Origin: a bacterium
GTDB lineage: Bacteria > Oederibacteriota > PGYV01 > Palsa-1178
DNA length: 64,000 nucleotides
Assembly: GCA_037138355.1 (NCBI GenBank)
Contig: JBAXIL010000003.1
Coordinates: 1-64,000, forward strand
Direction of reading: 5' to 3'
Positions 10,418-19,816 of the stretch are shown here, piece by piece. The position numbers were made by a program, and so were the translations under genes. The notes below the pieces were generated by a model that saw only the letters and a program-made list of their open reading frames with translations, was not told the origin of the DNA and ran no database searches. Position 1 is the stretch's first letter; every line of letters starts with the position of its first letter.

Positions 10418-10493
10418 TGGTGAGCCGGGCGAGAGTCGAACTCGCGACGCCCGCCTTAAAAGGGCGGTGCTCTACCAACTGAGCTACCGGCCC
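10418..10493 (-). tRNA. tRNA-Lys (UUU)
   Basis: 76-nt cloverleaf GGGCCGGTAGCTCAGTTGGTAGAGCA CCGCC CTTTTAA GGCGG ... GTTCGACTC ... ACCA, with encoded CCA. Confidence 0.98.
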
Positions 10494-10633
10494 ACCTATA
10501 AATAAAACTTAGGTGTCAAATAATAAAACAATAAAATCAATAAATGCCTTGTAATGTTTGCTTTTAAATCAGGAAAACAAGGAATTACCTTAACTTCCAT
10601 GATTTTACAGCTGTATCAAGACAGCAAGGTTAT

Positions 10634-10661
10634 ATTTTACACTTTTTATTACTTATGTCAA
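10634..10661 (-). promoter_or_regulatory. sigma70-type promoter upstream of tRNA-Lys/rplU
   Basis: TTGACA, 16-bp spacer, TAAAAT on the minus strand. Confidence 0.65.
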
Positions 10662-10816
10662 TAATATTTTCTCTAATATTCATTTTTGTACTATTATTTT
10701 TAGCCTTTAAAATAAGGCTTATATTTGGGGTTTTCCAAAATAATTAAACATAGTAAAAACATGTTTTAATTATTGCTGTGTAATAATACATTATTTTATG
10801 TTTATATTGAATCACT

Positions 10817-11413
10817 CTACCAACTCAGTTCATCAAAATATATATTACCTGTCCAGTCAGCTGCTGTTTGGGCTGTATTCTCAATTGCAAAGTAAATCAT
10901 TTGTACATCTTGATAATCATGAGTAACATTATACGAATCTGTAGAATAAGCTGGTATAGTAAATGTAATTTTATTCCAGCCAGCCTTATTTAGTGCTGGA
11001 CCATAAAAAGTATCAACAATCAAAGACATACTTTGTCTCTTAATATTTAGGTCGATATAATATCTTGGGTTTAGCCCCGCAAGTTCCGTTGGAACATAAA
11101 CCCACAATGTAACAACTCTATTAGTTAGATTTACATTTGTCCCAAAATCCTGATAAAGTAAACCTATTTTAGGAGGTATGCTTGATGACGAAAGATAACA
11201 ATTACATTTTACAGAACCTGTGCCTGCTTTTATATAATTCGAATTACTATTAATAGAAAGAGTTTCGTTGCTTATACCATTACTGCCCCACCCATTAAGA
11301 GAAGAATCAAAATTATAAAAAACCGACGCTGGTAATGGTTCGCTATTATTTAAGGGTTTACATGATACAAAAAATAACATGATTAAAAGAATACTTATTA
11401 ATATTTTATTCAT
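10817..11413 (-). CDS. Lipoprotein with carbohydrate-binding-module-like beta-sandwich domain
   Basis: Lipobox FVSC; YNFD..GW, GTGSVK, LWVYVP, GWNKITF, IYFDEL pattern typical of galactose-binding-like folds. Confidence 0.6.
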   Translation of the reverse strand: MNKILISILLIMLFFVSCKPLNNSEPLPASVFYNFDSSLNGWGSNGISNETLSINSNSNYIKAGTGSVKCNCYLSSSSIPPKIGLLYQDFGTNVNLTNRVVTLWVYVPTELAGLNPRYYIDLNIKRQSMSLIVDTFYGPALNKAGWNKITFTIPAYSTDSYNVTHDYQDVQMIYFAIENTAQTAADWTGNIYFDELSW

Positions 11414-11437
11414 TCTATAAACCTCTTTTTTTTTACT

Positions 11438-13228
11438 TTACTTTTTAAATGTTTTTAATATATGTTCTTTTTGTTTTTTATTTAAAAATACTGCATTTTC
11501 ATTGTTGTTTTCAATTGCTCGCACCAATTCAGCTGCGTCTTTAAATTCATTATATATTCTATATTTTGTTTTTTCACCTACGCCCTTTATATCATCAAAA
11601 ACTGATTGTTTCAATTTTTTATTAGTCAATTTCATACGAAATGAATTAGCAAATCTATGTGCCTCATCCCTGACACGCATTAACAAAAATCTTGCTTTTT
11701 CTTTTAAAAGCACAGGTGTATTTTGATGTGGTCTAAATACCTCTTCTTCCTGCTTTGCCAATCCAATCACATATATATCCACTCCTACCCTATCTAAAGC
11801 TTCCTTTGCAGAATTTACCTGCCCTATTCCACCATCTACTATTATCAAATCAGGAAAATACTCTCCTTCTTTTTTTAACCTCGAATATCTACGCTCTACG
11901 ACCTCTGCAATGGATGCGTAATCATCTATCTGTCCAACAGTTTTTATATGATAATGTCTATAATTTTTATTATCCGGTTCTCCATTTTTGAATACCACCA
12001 AAGACCCAACCATTTCTGTACCTGCTGAGTGTGATATATCTATCCCCTCAATACACTCTGGCATATAGTCGATACCCAAAGATTCCTTTAATTCCTGCAT
12101 TTGTATCAGATATTCTCTTTTTACATTTGTCTTTTTCTCTTCAAATCTCTCTTCCGCATTAGCTTTTTCGTTTAAATTTTCGTTCACAAGATTTAAAAGA
12201 CTACTATTTTTTTCAAATACTAATTTAATATTTTTATTTTTAAATATGTATTTTTTTAAAATTGTTTGATCTACAGAATTTTCAGGCAATATAATTTCTT
12301 CAGCTATAGATATATTTCTTCCATAATATTGAGCCAAATATAATTCAAGAGAGTTTTCATTTTCAGGCATATCTTTAAATATATTTATAGTCTTTCCAGT
12401 AAGCCTTCCTCTGCGAATATTAAATACCCCAAAATAATATGCCTTATTTTTATATATAAAACTGACTACATCTGTATTTTTCTCTTCTTGCATGACCATT
12501 TTTTGTTCAATCATTATTTCTTCCACTGCTTTAATGGCATCCCGTGTTTCCGCGGCTTTTTCATATTGTTTGTTTTTTGAATATGTCTGCATTTGCAGCT
12601 TTAATTCATTAATTACAGGTAAATACTTTCCATCTAAAAATGCTTTCACTTTTTTTATTGTTTTTGTATATTCCAAGTCACCAATAAACCTAACACATGG
12701 AGCCGTACATAAACCAGTATCAAAATATATGCAAGGCCGATTCAGTGGTTTTCCAAATAAATCTAAAGTGCACTGCCTTACTTTGAATATCTTATATATA
12801 GTATTTAATACTCTTTTGGCATCTATAGCAAAGTATGGGCCAAAGTACATTTTGGTCTTATCTTTTGTATTTCTGGTTGTATAAACTCCAGGATATTTAT
12901 CACTTTCATTTATCATTATATATGGATATGATTTATCATCTTTTAAAAGAATATTATATTTGGGTTTATGTTCTTTTATGAGTGTATTTTCGAGAATAAA
13001 GGCTTCAAGTTCATTATTTGTTACTATAAAATCTATGTCAGCAATTTTTCCTGATAACTGTTCTGTTTTTATATCTTTTTTTCCATCTCCAAAATATGAC
13101 TTGACCCTATTACGAAGTACTTTGGCCTTTCCTATGTAGATAACTTTTCCTGTCAAATCTCTATATATGTAAACGCCTGGTTTTTCAGGCAACGAGCTTA
13201 TCTTATCTTTATCCATTTTCAACTCCAA
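11438..13228 (-). CDS. uvrC: Excinuclease ABC subunit C
   Basis: GIY-YIG (PGVY..VIYIGKA..LRNRVKSYF), UVR domain, DISH, DGGIGQ, RDEAHRFA. Confidence 0.98.
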   Translation of the reverse strand: MELKMDKDKISSLPEKPGVYIYRDLTGKVIYIGKAKVLRNRVKSYFGDGKKDIKTEQLSGKIADIDFIVTNNELEAFILENTLIKEHKPKYNILLKDDKSYPYIMINESDKYPGVYTTRNTKDKTKMYFGPYFAIDAKRVLNTIYKIFKVRQCTLDLFGKPLNRPCIYFDTGLCTAPCVRFIGDLEYTKTIKKVKAFLDGKYLPVINELKLQMQTYSKNKQYEKAAETRDAIKAVEEIMIEQKMVMQEEKNTDVVSFIYKNKAYYFGVFNIRRGRLTGKTINIFKDMPENENSLELYLAQYYGRNISIAEEIILPENSVDQTILKKYIFKNKNIKLVFEKNSSLLNLVNENLNEKANAEERFEEKKTNVKREYLIQMQELKESLGIDYMPECIEGIDISHSAGTEMVGSLVVFKNGEPDNKNYRHYHIKTVGQIDDYASIAEVVERRYSRLKKEGEYFPDLIIVDGGIGQVNSAKEALDRVGVDIYVIGLAKQEEEVFRPHQNTPVLLKEKARFLLMRVRDEAHRFANSFRMKLTNKKLKQSVFDDIKGVGEKTKYRIYNEFKDAAELVRAIENNNENAVFLNKKQKEHILKTFKK

Positions 13229-13313
13229 GATTTTTACCTCAAGTAACCAGTACCAAAACTATATCTTCATAAGAATTAGCTATTTTTTCATTAAACATTT
13301 ATTACGCTTTTCT

Positions 13314-13607
13314 TTATGCTAAATATGGTTTTATCTTTTCAAATACTTCATTAGCAATTTTCTGTCCTTCTTCTTCTGTTTCTTGTCCAGTTACTTCCAC
13401 ACGAAGTGAAAATATATTATTCACACTTGTAAGATTTACCATGAGTCCCATAGCTCCTTTTGTTGTTTCCTCTCCATTGAAGAAATACTTAACCTGCCTC
13501 TTTTTCTTTTCATATGAATCTACTATCTTTGCCATGGCTGCGCAAAACTCCATTGCTTTTGCTAATGATATGTTTTTTTCAACTATTACTTTGCTATGTT
13601 CACTCAT
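13314..13607 (-). CDS. Hypothetical protein, possibly degenerate HPr fold
   Basis: AAGGAG RBS; manual alignment to HPr: NGEETTKGAMGLM ~ NGKTVNLKSIMGVM, VEVTGQETEEE ~ ISASGADEND. Confidence 0.5.
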   Translation of the reverse strand: MSEHSKVIVEKNISLAKAMEFCAAMAKIVDSYEKKKRQVKYFFNGEETTKGAMGLMVNLTSVNNIFSLRVEVTGQETEEEGQKIANEVFEKIKPYLA

Positions 13608-13641
13608 TGAAATCTCCTTTTTTATAATGGATTTTTTAATT

Positions 13642-14220
13642 TTATTTATTAACTCGAAATGCCTTTTCCGGAAGCACTTTTTTCATTTCTGTTAATACAA
13701 ATTCCGCATCTTTTTTATCAGCACTCATACAAAATCTGTTTACTTTTCCTTCATAAAAAAAATTTATAAGGCCTATACCTACAAATTTTCTTTTATCAGT
13801 CCTAAAATCTGCCTTTACTTCAAATAGTTTGGCACCAATTGTTACATTTATCTGCATATCATTAATGTTATTTACATAAAATATTCTTGGCTTGCCTATA
13901 CCTACTATATCATTTTTGATTTTTACTATACCTTGATTTATAGTTATTATTTCTCTTCCAAAAATACCCCAAACCAGAATACCTATCATAATTATCTCAC
14001 CAACAAACCAAATAATTGCCAATACTAAAAGTAAAACTATTTTTACTGTATCAACTGGATTACTTCCAATATCAATAAACATTTTCAGCAGCATATATCC
14101 AGCATAAGTCCAACCAAATAACCAAATTACCAATAAACCTGCAATAATACCAATATTACCTGACTTAATCACAATTTCATGACCAGCAACTGTTTCTTTT
14201 GAAGTAATATTATTGTTCAT
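13642..14220 (-). CDS. Hypothetical membrane protein (2 TM + soluble C-terminal domain)
   Basis: Two hydrophobic segments, long ORF, own promoter. Confidence 0.75.
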   Translation of the reverse strand: MNNNITSKETVAGHEIVIKSGNIGIIAGLLVIWLFGWTYAGYMLLKMFIDIGSNPVDTVKIVLLLVLAIIWFVGEIIMIGILVWGIFGREIITINQGIVKIKNDIVGIGKPRIFYVNNINDMQINVTIGAKLFEVKADFRTDKRKFVGIGLINFFYEGKVNRFCMSADKKDAEFVLTEMKKVLPEKAFRVNK

Positions 14221-14279
14221 TCAAACCTTTCATTATCATTGAATTTAAATTCATGCCTACCAGTAATTTGATAATCAGT

Positions 14280-14308
14280 ATTATAAGTCAAATACCCCAG
14301 TGTTTCAA
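14280..14308 (-). promoter_or_regulatory. sigma70-type promoter
   Basis: TTGAAA, 17 bp, TATAAT on the minus strand. Confidence 0.6.
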
Positions 14309-14405
14309 TATGTATTTCCTAAAAGCATAAAACCACCACAAAATGCTCTTTCTTTTTTTAAATTATGAGGTTATAATTGATATATGAAGCTACAGGAGGT
14401 GCCTT

Positions 14406-14588
14406 ATGGCAGATGAAAAGAAAATTGAGTTAAAACCTGATACAGCCCCAGAAGTTCCAGGAGAAGAGAAAAAACCTGTTTTTAAACAAGTGAAACCTTG
14501 GGAACAGTTCAAGCAATCATCGCATTTTAAGAACGCCAACAAGCGTGGTAATTTTTCACAAAGAAAAATGGGTGGAAAAGGCGGCTAA
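14406..14588 (+). CDS. Small hypothetical protein (60 aa)
   Basis: Strong AGGAGGTG RBS, upstream TATAAT, downstream terminator. Confidence 0.75.
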   Translation: MADEKKIELKPDTAPEVPGEEKKPVFKQVKPWEQFKQSSHFKNANKRGNFSQRKMGGKGG

Positions 14589-14634
14589 GCGCTTTATTTA
14601 TTAATACTTTTAAAAATATATTTCAAATGAAAAT

Positions 14635-14666
14635 AAAAAGAGCGATCCAAAGGATCGCTCTTTTTT
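14635..14666. terminator. Bidirectional intrinsic terminator
   Basis: AAAAAGAGCGATCC AAA GGATCGCTCTTTTTT between convergent genes. Confidence 0.9.
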
Positions 14667-14702
14667 CATTACTTTACTATTAAATAAATATCTTTAAAAT
14701 TC

Positions 14703-16394
14703 TTATTTTTTTGCAACTTCTGCAAATATTCTAACACCTTTTATCTTTTTATTCTTTAATGCATCTATAACATCATTTACAACCGTTGTATCTATCTGCA
14801 CAAAAGTATATTTATCAAAAAGATCTATTCTTCCTATTTTTTCTCCTCTTATACCTGATTCACCTGTAATAGCTCCCAGTATGTCGCGAACCATAACGCC
14901 TTGACCTTTTCCTGCATTGATAAATACTCTGGTCATATCGCCATCAGCCATTCTTTCACTTTTGCCGTGGCTTTCACTTCTGTCACCCCTGTCACTTCTA
15001 CTTCCTCTATCTCCACGGTCACCACGGTCGCCTCTTTCATTTCTATCATACTTTTTGTAAACAGGAGCATTCAAATCATTCTCTGCACCTATTTGGGCAT
15101 TTTCTTCATCTGTCATTATTAATTTAACAAGTGCTGCGGCTATATCCATTGATGATAAATCTTCTTCCATAAGTTTTTCTATTACCTTTGTCTGTGTTTC
15201 AAGTCCTCCTGCTTCTATCTGAGTCTTAACTTTTACCATAAAGTTTTTTATTCTTTTTTCTTCTATGTCATCCCTTGAAGGTATAACACCTGGTTTAATT
15301 TTTATCTTAGCATATCTTTGTATATCACGCAGTTTGTGCATTTCATTTCCATATACAAAAGTATATGCAGTGCCTGCTTTTCCAGCTCTACCTGTTCTTC
15401 CTATCCTATGCACATAATACTCTTCGTCTGACGGCACATCATAATTTACTACTGCCTCTATATCATCTACATCTATACCGCGAGCAGCTACATCTGTGGC
15501 AATAAGAATGTCACACTTTGCAGCGCGAAATTTTTCCATTACTTTATCTCTCTGCTGTTGAGTCTTGTCTCCATGAAGACATTCTGAAAGATAACCACGC
15601 GAACGCATTTGGTCTGCAAGTTCATCCACCATTTTTTTAGTATTACAAAATATAAGCGTTGCTTTATAATTATTTGAATCAAGCACGCGCGTTAATGCCT
15701 CAATCTTTTTTCCATGCTTTACTTCAAAATAAAACTGTTCTATATTTGGGGCAGTAAGAACTTCATGTGTGATTTTGACATATTTTGGATCCTTTTGATA
15801 ATGTTTGGTTAGATCAAGTATCGGCTTAGGCATAGTCGCTGAAAATAAAACTGTCTGCCTATCTGCCGGTGCTGATTTTAATATGAGCTGTATATCTTCA
15901 ATAAATCCCATATTTAGCATTTCATCTGCTTCGTCCAAAACAACTATTTTACAAGAATCAAGCTTAGCTGTCCGTCTTTCGATATGGTCAATCAGTCTCC
16001 CAGGAGTACCGATTACTACCTGAACACCTGCTCTAAGTGCCCTTATCTGTCTGTCTATAGGCTGTCCACCATATACTGCGAGCACATTAAAGCCCTTTAT
16101 ATATTTTCCAAGCTGTCTTATTTCCTCTGCAACTTGAACTGCAAGCTCTCTCGTAGGACACATAACAAGCGCTTGTATATACTTCACTTTTGGGTCTATC
16201 ATTTCCAAAAGTGGTATTCCAAAAGCCGCTGTCTTACCTGTTCCTGTTTGTGCCTGTCCAATTAAATCCACACCTGTCTTCATAAGCGGTATTGTGGCTG
16301 TCTGTATGTGGGTGGCTTCTTCAAACCCCATATCAGTTACTGCTTTCAGTATTTCTGGTGATAAATCTAATTCTGTAAATTTAAGCTTATTCAT
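14703..16394 (-). CDS. deaD: DEAD-box RNA helicase with C-terminal DbpA-type RNA-binding domain (DeaD/CsdA-like)
   Basis: AQTGTGKT, PTRELA, DEAD, SAT, HRIGRTGR; start moved to MNKL (GAGG RBS). Confidence 0.93.
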   Translation of the reverse strand: MNKLKFTELDLSPEILKAVTDMGFEEATHIQTATIPLMKTGVDLIGQAQTGTGKTAAFGIPLLEMIDPKVKYIQALVMCPTRELAVQVAEEIRQLGKYIKGFNVLAVYGGQPIDRQIRALRAGVQVVIGTPGRLIDHIERRTAKLDSCKIVVLDEADEMLNMGFIEDIQLILKSAPADRQTVLFSATMPKPILDLTKHYQKDPKYVKITHEVLTAPNIEQFYFEVKHGKKIEALTRVLDSNNYKATLIFCNTKKMVDELADQMRSRGYLSECLHGDKTQQQRDKVMEKFRAAKCDILIATDVAARGIDVDDIEAVVNYDVPSDEEYYVHRIGRTGRAGKAGTAYTFVYGNEMHKLRDIQRYAKIKIKPGVIPSRDDIEEKRIKNFMVKVKTQIEAGGLETQTKVIEKLMEEDLSSMDIAAALVKLIMTDEENAQIGAENDLNAPVYKKYDRNERGDRGDRGDRGSRSDRGDRSESHGKSERMADGDMTRVFINAGKGQGVMVRDILGAITGESGIRGEKIGRIDLFDKYTFVQIDTTVVNDVIDALKNKKIKGVRIFAEVAKK

Positions 16395-16675
16395 TGTTAA
16401 CCTCGTTTTTATGGACATATAAATATGACCAAAAGTTTTTTGTGATTTTTTAGTGGTAATTGCGTTTGCAGGGGTAAAGCTCACCTGATCTAACTCTCAC
16501 CGGATCCATAATGGCTATCCACACATAAATCACACGGCCAGTTAAACTGGCAGAAATTCTCACAACTTATTATTACATTTATAATGTTTATTAGCAAGGG
16601 CAATCTTTCCTTGAGTATTTAGCTGTTTTGCCAAAATAGAGTAGCACAAATTGCTTGTTTTACGCAGTTTTCATT

Positions 16676-18679
16676 CTAAAACTTATATTTTTTCTTTTTT
16701 TGTTTCCTTACACCTACTTCTTTTATATCTTCTATCTTGTCCCTGAGTTTTGCTGCCTCTTCAAAGTTTAAAGCCTTTGCGTGCTTTACCATTTCAGTTT
16801 CCATTTGCCTAATTAAATCTTCTGTATTTTTATATGTAAATTCCGCATCTTCCTCGGCAAGAGGTACTGTAAAATAATCCATTTCAAAAACGCTATGCAT
16901 TATATTTTTTATTTCCTTTTTAATTGAGGTAGGGGTGATATTATGTTTTTTATTATATGCAGTTTGTTTTTCGCGCCTACGGGATGTTTCATCTATAGCT
17001 CTGCGCATAGAATCTGTTATCTTGTCTGCATACATTATTACTTTTCCTTCTACATTTCTTGCAGCACGGCCTACAGTTTGAACCAAAGCTGTTGTAGAGC
17101 GCAAAAATCCTTCTTTATCAGCATCAAGTATAGCTACCAATGAAACTTCTGGAATATCAAGACCTTCCCTAAGGAGATTTATTCCTATGAGTGCAGTAAA
17201 TTTTCCTTCACGCAATTCTCTAATTATTTGTATTCTCTCTAAAGTATCTATATCAGAGTGCAAATACCTGCACTTCACATTCTTATCTTTTAAAAAAGAA
17301 GCCAAACTTTCTGCCATTTTTTTAGTTAATGTGGTAACAAGTACGCGTTCATTTTTTTCAGCCCGAATTTTTATTTCAGTCATAATGTCATCAACTTGAT
17401 TTTTTGTCGGTTTAACTATTATTTCAGGATCCACAAGTCCTGTCGGTCTGACTATCTGCTCAGCTATATTAGTTTTACCACTTAAATCTAATTCATAAAC
17501 ATTTGGAGTTGCAGATACATATATCGCTTGATTTATCTTTTTTTCAAATTCATTAAACTTAAGTGGTCTATTATCATAAGCTGCTGGTAATCTAAAACCA
17601 TAATCTATTAAATTTTTCTTTCTTGAAAAATCACCTGCCTGCATACCATGTATCTGAGGTATGGTCACATGCGATTCATCAATAAACATAAGATAGTCCG
17701 TTGGAAAATAATCAAGTAAAGTAAAAGGAGCAGTACCCGCAGCTCTGCCTTCTATGATTCTTGAATAATTTTCTATTCCTTTGCAGTATCCCATTTCCTG
17801 AAGCATTTCAATATCATATCCTGTGCGAGCTTTTAAGCGTTCATATTCAACAGGTCTTCCAGCAAGTTCCTTAAGCCTTATTTCAAGTTCTTTTTGTATA
17901 TCCTTTACAACTCTTTTTATTGTATTCTCTGGCATAACATAATGCGTAGCAGCAAAAATTGCAGTACTTTTTACTTTTGTTATTGAATTTTTACTGACTG
18001 GGTCTATCTCAACTATTGCCTCCACTTCATCCCCAAGCATTTCTATCCTTATAGCTGTTGTATCATAAGCAGGATATATTTCCACTACATCGCCTTTTAT
18101 TCTAAATATTCCCTGACTGAATTCAAATTCATTTCTTTTATACTGAAGCAAGACCAACTGCTCTGCTATGGAATTTATGGATATTTTATCCCCTACTTCC
18201 AGATATAATCTCATACTTTTGTATGTTTCAGGAGAACCAACACCATATATACACGATACACTCGCAACTATAATCACATCGCGTCTTGTCATAAGCTTAT
18301 GTGTTGCAGACAAACGCAATCGTTCAAGTTCTGCATTGATTGCAGAATCTTTTTCTATAAACATGTCCCTATGTGGTATATATGCTTCGGGTTGGTAATA
18401 ATCATAATATGATACAAAATACTCCACAGCATTGTCAGGAAAAAACTCTTTAAACTCCATATATAACTGAGCCGCAAGCGTTTTATTATGGGAAATTATA
18501 ATTGCAGGTTTATTTACACTTTCTATAACCTTTGCCATGGTAAAAGTCTTTCCAGAGCCAGTTACACCAAGCAAGGTTTGATTTTTTTCACCTTTGATTA
18601 TAGCTTTAGCCAGTTTATCAATGGCTTCTGGCTGATCTCCGGCTGGTTGATATTTTGTATTTATTTTGAACTTGTCCAT
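16676..18679 (-). CDS. uvrB: Excinuclease ABC subunit B
   Basis: GVTGSGKT, YYDYYQPEAY, DESH, GRAARN, C-terminal UVR domain. Confidence 0.99.
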   Translation of the reverse strand: MDKFKINTKYQPAGDQPEAIDKLAKAIIKGEKNQTLLGVTGSGKTFTMAKVIESVNKPAIIISHNKTLAAQLYMEFKEFFPDNAVEYFVSYYDYYQPEAYIPHRDMFIEKDSAINAELERLRLSATHKLMTRRDVIIVASVSCIYGVGSPETYKSMRLYLEVGDKISINSIAEQLVLLQYKRNEFEFSQGIFRIKGDVVEIYPAYDTTAIRIEMLGDEVEAIVEIDPVSKNSITKVKSTAIFAATHYVMPENTIKRVVKDIQKELEIRLKELAGRPVEYERLKARTGYDIEMLQEMGYCKGIENYSRIIEGRAAGTAPFTLLDYFPTDYLMFIDESHVTIPQIHGMQAGDFSRKKNLIDYGFRLPAAYDNRPLKFNEFEKKINQAIYVSATPNVYELDLSGKTNIAEQIVRPTGLVDPEIIVKPTKNQVDDIMTEIKIRAEKNERVLVTTLTKKMAESLASFLKDKNVKCRYLHSDIDTLERIQIIRELREGKFTALIGINLLREGLDIPEVSLVAILDADKEGFLRSTTALVQTVGRAARNVEGKVIMYADKITDSMRRAIDETSRRREKQTAYNKKHNITPTSIKKEIKNIMHSVFEMDYFTVPLAEEDAEFTYKNTEDLIRQMETEMVKHAKALNFEEAAKLRDKIEDIKEVGVRKQKKKKYKF

Positions 18680-18746
18680 GGTTTTTCCTTATAGGACTTT
18701 GGTTTTAAAGATTAATTATTTTCCTTCTTCTCTTTTTGTTTCAGTT

Positions 18747-18781
18747 AAAAAAAAAGCCCGGGTAAAACACCCGGGCTTTTT
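18747..18781 (-). terminator. Intrinsic terminator after HU gene
   Basis: GCCCGGGT/ACCCGGGC stem flanked by A9 and T5. Confidence 0.9.
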
Positions 18782-18796
18782 ATAACAATCTTTATT

Positions 18797-19069
18797 CTAG
18801 AGAACGGAAGCCTTTAAGTCCTTCGCAATTCTCATCTTAACTACTTTTTTTGCCGGTATGTTGATGCTTGCACCCGTGGCTGGATTTCTTCCTATTCTTG
18901 CTTTGCGGTGCTTTACTGCAAGAATTCCGAGTCCTGGGAGTTTAACCTTTTTTTCTTTCTTAAGTGTTGCTATTACAACTTCTGTGAAAGCCTCTACTGT
19001 CTTCTTTACATCTTTCTTTGCTACTCCTGCTTTTAGTGCAATTGCTTCAATCATTTCTGTTTTCTTCAT
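18797..19069 (-). CDS. hup: DNA-binding protein HU
   Basis: RKARIGRNPATG..INIPAKK; 90-aa basic protein. Confidence 0.96.
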   Translation of the reverse strand: MKKTEMIEAIALKAGVAKKDVKKTVEAFTEVVIATLKKEKKVKLPGLGILAVKHRKARIGRNPATGASINIPAKKVVKMRIAKDLKASVL

Positions 19070-19111
19070 TCTCTAACCTCCTGTTTTTATTTGACAAAAA
19101 CTTGTGTTAAA

Positions 19112-19717
19112 TTAAAATGCCCAACCAATTGCTGCATCAAAACATGGTAATGTTCCTGGTAAAGCAGCTATTGTTGTAGATGATGTACCTGCTGACACTG
19201 AATTAACTATATTAAGCTGTACTCCAAGACCTATCTGTGTAGTAAATCCATTTGCAATTACTATATTATATCCAGCCATTACGCCTATGAAGTGCATCAT
19301 TCCTGTGTATCCTGTTGAACTTGCAATCCAAGCATCATATCTTGGTCCGAAATACCAACCCTCTATTCCTTTTTGTAAAGGATGCCAAAAAAGATCTACT
19401 CCAAGTCCAAAAAAGTTTACTCCATATCCAGAAACTCCAACCCATGTACCTCTTGGTCTAATACTAAGGTTTGGACCTATCATTCTTTCATAACCAATAT
19501 TATAAATCATTGCAAGCCAAGGCCAAACATTTGTTACTAACATATTTTCATAAATCTCTCCTGTTGCTGGAGCTACTGAAACAGCCTTTGTTACTGGTGC
19601 TACTGCTACAGCCTTTGTTACTGGGGCTACTACGCTTGCTTTTTTTGTTGATGCTGCAAATAGACTTGCAGAAAAAGCCAACACTACTACTAATACCAAT
19701 GACATCATTTTTTTCAT
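19112..19717 (-). CDS. Outer-membrane beta-barrel protein (DUF3575-like) with N-terminal VAPVTKAV repeats
   Basis: Signal peptide, alternating aromatic strands, C-terminal IGWAF. Confidence 0.7.
   Translation of the reverse strand: MKKMMSLVLVVVLAFSASLFAASTKKASVVAPVTKAVAVAPVTKAVSVAPATGEIYENMLVTNVWPWLAMIYNIGYERMIGPNLSIRPRGTWVGVSGYGVNFFGLGVDLFWHPLQKGIEGWYFGPRYDAWIASSTGYTGMMHFIGVMAGYNIVIANGFTTQIGLGVQLNIVNSVSAGTSSTTIAALPGTLPCFDAAIGWAF
19581..19631. repeat. 27-bp-period tandem repeat (coding VAPVTKAV x2)
   Basis: ACAGCCTTTGTTACTGG(T/G)GCTACT at 19581 and 19608. Confidence 0.9.
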
Positions 19718-19787
19718 TTTTCAATCTCCTTTATCAAATTTAACTACTTTTCTAAGTCAATTTATACCATATATTGTATTATATGAA

Positions 19788-19816
19788 CTTATAGCACACA
19801 ACACTCATTCTGTCAA
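19788..19816 (-). promoter_or_regulatory. sigma70-type promoter of OMP-hup unit
   Basis: TTGACA, 17 bp, TGcTATAAG. Confidence 0.7.

Noticed and set aside
10418..10493. tRNA-Lys as an integration site
   Set aside because: No integrase and no duplicate of the tRNA 3' end seen in the window
14269..14283. Fur/PerR-like box TGATAATCAGTATTA
   Set aside because: Two mismatches in very AT-rich DNA, and downstream genes have no clear metal link
14975..15045. RGD/RSD repeats in the helicase
   Set aside because: Ordinary low-complexity charged linker of DeaD-type helicases
16395..16484. 30-aa N-terminal extension of the helicase in the ORF track
   Set aside because: RBS sits before MNKL; the extension overlaps the putative leader RNA
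18680..18745. LexA/SOS box upstream of uvrB (also checked uvrC, polX, pcrA)
   Set aside because: No GAAC-N4-GTTC or CTGT-N8-ACAG match seen
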